Of a stretch of DNA of 64,000 nucleotides, positions 60,301 to 64,000 are shown in pieces (within the stretch, counting starts at the first letter, position 1; each line of letters starts with the position of its first letter). The notes under the pieces were generated by a model that was given only the letters and a program-made list of their open reading frames with translations, had not been told where the DNA came from and searched no databases. The stretch spans positions 285,510,001 to 285,574,000 of the forward strand of contig OZ024743.1 in assembly GCA_964016885.1 (NCBI GenBank). The letters are read 5' to 3'. Both the position numbers and the translations under genes were made by a program. This DNA comes from Eledone cirrhosa (lineage: Eukaryota).

Positions 60301-60934
60301 TAATTTCATAAGATAGGAAAGCAGTAACTTAAAATAACTATCACATTATTTTATATCCTCCTGCAATTCTAGCATATCATTTAATTTGTAGACTTGATGT
60401 AACTGATTCTCAAGAACCAAAATCAGTAGCATTAGGCATTTTTTTCAGAATTAGTATTAACCATTGCACTAGGTGATTTACCTATCATAGTTGATTCTTG
60501 TTCCTTAACATTTAACAGGGATAGTTACTCAACTTTTACTAATTGCAGTGGATGACCAGCCTTTTTAACCCATGTAGTATTTAACTAGAAGTGAACAGGC
60601 AGTAATCAGGGACCCCACAATAATTTTTGGCTACCATAAATAGCTTTTATTAGATGCAGTTTAAACAAACCATCACAGGCTTTAGCAAACATTTCAATGG
60701 GATAAACTAATGAGGACACCAAACACAGATTCTGCTTTTCTTAATCATTTGCTGAATATTTATGAGTGTCCTAAGGAGCAGGAAGAAATAGATGTTTATG
60801 ATATATCAACCATTCCCCCAGGTTTAAAACTCTTTTTCTTTAGCAAATAACTGCTTCAAATTTGAAACTGATTTCCAATTTTGTTGCATTCTTTCCTTTC
60901 TTTGTTTTTTATGCAAGGCCTGACTGTATAGTTT

Positions 60935-61122
60935 GTCAGGTTTCTGCCTGCTATTTGTACCATGTAATCCAGTACAACCTGCTTCATGATCAAGTCATTG
61001 GCGACTAAACCAGCCCCCCCACCAGACCAATTTTGGTGAGGAGAGTACATGTAACCCCAGCAGCACAAAAAACAAGAGCTGTAAACAGGGCAGATGAAAT
61101 CCTCAGAGTCCTTGGCCATCCA
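60935..61122 (+). repeat. Diverged copy of the 5' part of the 49431 element
   Basis: Shared ccagtacaacctg, ttggcgactaaac, ttggtgagga, ggccatcc. Confidence 0.65.
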
Positions 61123-61819
61123 CCCTAACTATGGGTTAAATAGCCTCACCAACCTGCAATTGGCTAAGCATGATGTGTTGAGAAGAACCCATCCAACCCA
61201 TTCAAGCATGGAAAAAGAGATGTATATCCTCACTTAGAAGTTTTACTTTAAACTGTATTAGCCAAGTACAAGCTTCTCTGTACTCATATACTTAACTTCA
61301 CTTATAACTGTATTGCTATCAACATAAATAGTTAGTCTCTCTGTTTTGTCTACTTGAGGTAGGCCTTCTCTCTCCAATGTATTTTCCTCATTCTATACCC
61401 TCTCATAATAACACTTCCTTACTGCTTTCTTTTTGATGTCAATTAGAGCAAATGTTCTGCTATTATTCCCTAAGTAACAACATCTCAATTCTCTCTCTTG
61501 CAATCCAGAAAACCTCACGCTTCTGATTTTCATATTACAGAACATATTCTAATTTACTTTCTGCTTCTTTATTTACTAAGTATCAAGCTTCTCTTCTTGC
61601 TATTTGATACTGTTCTTTGTTACCCACTTTGTTACTCATTTTCAGTTCTTATGACTCTATCTATAGTACTACTCCACCACCATATCACCTTCCATTACAG
61701 ATCTGGTCTGCAGTCCCATATAAACCTCTAGTTATCTCTCTTTCTTCCACATTCTTGTCATATATATCAATTAGAACTTTTAGCTTCTATCTTTGCAAGC
61801 AGGGAAAAGCAGACGTAAA

Positions 61820-61851
<32 letters not shown>

Positions 61852-62277
61852 CTCTTCCTTTACCAGATTGTCTTGTGTCTCTGGGCCTTTCTATTTCTTA
61901 CTCTGGTCATTAATTACTAGTCTATGATGAGTGCTACATTCTTCCCCACCAAAGCAAGGCCATTTGCATCACAGAGCTTCTGTAGTCTTGATCCCTTCAT
62001 ACTCCTTATACAATATCCATTGCTTCCAGTGTGCAAGAGAAGCCATCATTTTCTCTGTGTGAAGATGTGTGAAGAAAATAACAAAATGGTTTTACGTTTA
62101 TTTATGTTTTTACAATGAAGATTATATCTTAAAACTGTAGTTATACATGAAATTTATAAAAAGGATTTTTCTTATATCTACTGTATTGTGTGTGCGTATG
62201 CATGTGTATGTGTGTGTACGCACATGAGTATGTGTGTGTGTGAGTGTGCATGTGTATGTATGTGTGTATGTGTGTGT

Positions 62278-62420
62278 AGATTGTATGATACCTTTGTGTG
62301 AAATGCAATACTACATGGCAGTGAGATATGGACTTTAACCATAGAAGATCTGTGAAGGCTAGAAAGAAATGAAGTGAGTGTGTTCTGGCGCATGTGTAAT
62401 GTTAGTGTGCATTGTTAATT
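62278..62420 (+). mobile_element. Old RTE RT fragment
   Basis: LYD...LHGSEIW...EDL.RLERNE..WRMCN. Confidence 0.7.
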
Positions 62421-63139
62421 GCACTGAAAGAAAAACTCTGTATAAGAAGAATTCGATGTAGTGGGCAAGAGAATATTTTGAGTATATGCTGAAGGCATTT
62501 TTGGTGAAACTGCTCCAACATTCTAACATGCTGTGTGTACAAAGTCCATTTTTTAAACAAATGACCATATAATCATGTGGTAACTTGTATAATACATGTC
62601 TGAATATAAAGTTTTATTCATTTTGATAACGTTTATAAAGTTATTTACATATTAAGCATTTTTAAAAATTGTAAATAAAATTGAATGGTTCTTTTTCATA
62701 CACCCTATATATATGTGTGTGTGTGTTGTATAAGTTATTGCATAATTATATGGTCATTTGTTTAAAAAAATATAGCCTTTTGAAATATAGCCTTTTTGAT
62801 ACACCTGGTGATAAACAGGTGAAACTCCATAGTAACAAGACTCATTATTTAGCCATTAATGAAATGAGTTTAGACCGGAAACTATATTCCCGGACGAGCC
62901 AAATATAGTTTCCCATCTAAACCCATGCTAGCATGGAAGATAGACGTTAAACGATGATGATGATGATGATGAATATATACCTGCTTTCCTATATGCAGGG
63001 GCTGAGGCATACATCTACTATATACCACCTTCCCTCACATCACCCTTCCCATTCACCTCCCTTGTTGTATTCACCCCACCCATGTCCTAACACCCCTCCC
63101 CTAGATCGACATCCCTGATTCCCCCACCCAGTGCCCTGA

Positions 63140-63354
63140 CAATGAGCGCCCAGTCCACACTGTAAAGTGGTTGTGTAGGTGTCATGACAAAAAGCACCCA
63201 GCCCACACTGTAGAGTGATTGGCATTAGGAAGGGTATCCAGCTGTAGAAATCAAGCCAAAATCAGTTCTGTGCTGTGTGAGCAAAACACGGTCATCCAAC
63301 CTGATTGTCTCACAATGGGACAGCTCATCTAATCCATCTAATGATGATGATGAT
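63140..63354 (+). mobile_element. RTE 3'UTR fragment
   Basis: ccacactgtaaagtgg units, attaggaagggtatccagctgtagaaatcaagcc, (GAT)n. Confidence 0.75.
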
Positions 63355-64000
63355 ATATAATAGAGAGTCAGGGCCCAACATCTGAGCTCTTGCCATTTCA
63401 ACAGCAAATTCCAGACTGAAATTATGTCTGGAATTTGCCTTCGAAATGACAAGGGCTCAACCATCAGACCCTGACTCTCTATTATATTTACACTCTACTA
63501 TTCTGAGTAATGAGTATTCTGCTGAATAATGGTGTCCTACTAGTTTAAAACTGGTATACATATATAAAACAAAATTTGTTTTTGCAAAGCCGGTTGTAAA
63601 ATCGCTCAGTATGCAATTGAGGCTAATGTATACATTTAAGAATACTATGTACTCTCAGAAGTTCCAAATCATAGCTAACGAGCAGAATACATAAACTTGA
63701 TAAGGAGCAAGACACTCCAAAACTATTAATTGTCATTTATTTTCTTTCAGCTACCGCTGGAACATAAGCGTGACATCATCATCCCTATCCCGTGGTGTTT
63801 TATGAGGCTGTTTACTTGAAAACAAACTGAATATCAATAATGTTATGATGTTATTATAATATTATTATTATTCACTCACGAATACACACATATATATGTC
63901 ATCATCATCATCACTTTACGTCTGCTTTGCCCTACTTGCAAGGGTGGGATGGGTCCTCTTCAGCTCAGCATCTCTCCATTTGTCACGATCCCTTGTCATC

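Overview
Repeat-saturated eukaryotic (animal) DNA with no host gene I can support. The SINE, RTE and microsatellite content suggests a mollusc, possibly a cephalopod (inference only). The centre of the window (22479-45698) is a 23-kb head-to-tail array of L1/Tx1-clade non-LTR retrotransposons: three nearly identical full-length 5.8-kb copies (family A; two fully intact), an 82-bp 3'-end insertion, and one decayed copy of a diverged family B. Every junction is a (TATC)n microsatellite and no copy has a poly(A) tail, which points to a (TATC/GATA)n-targeting Tx1 lineage that stacks into arrays. Families A and B share co-varying stem-loops in both UTRs, a 33-nt in-frame ORF1-ORF2 spacer and an unassigned C-terminal ORF1 domain. 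The whole array, plus a CR1, SINEs and an (ATGT)n-flanked RTE derivative, lies inside one hAT-type DNA transposon (14-bp TIRs, perfect 8-bp TSD ATCTAGTA, 21342-50428). The flanks hold four PHD-finger-bearing RTE LINE copies, CR1 ends, two tRNA-SINE families, several MITEs, relics of a Penelope-like GIY-YIG element and an RLE-type LINE, and two long fold-back palindromes. All alignments and folds were done by eye.
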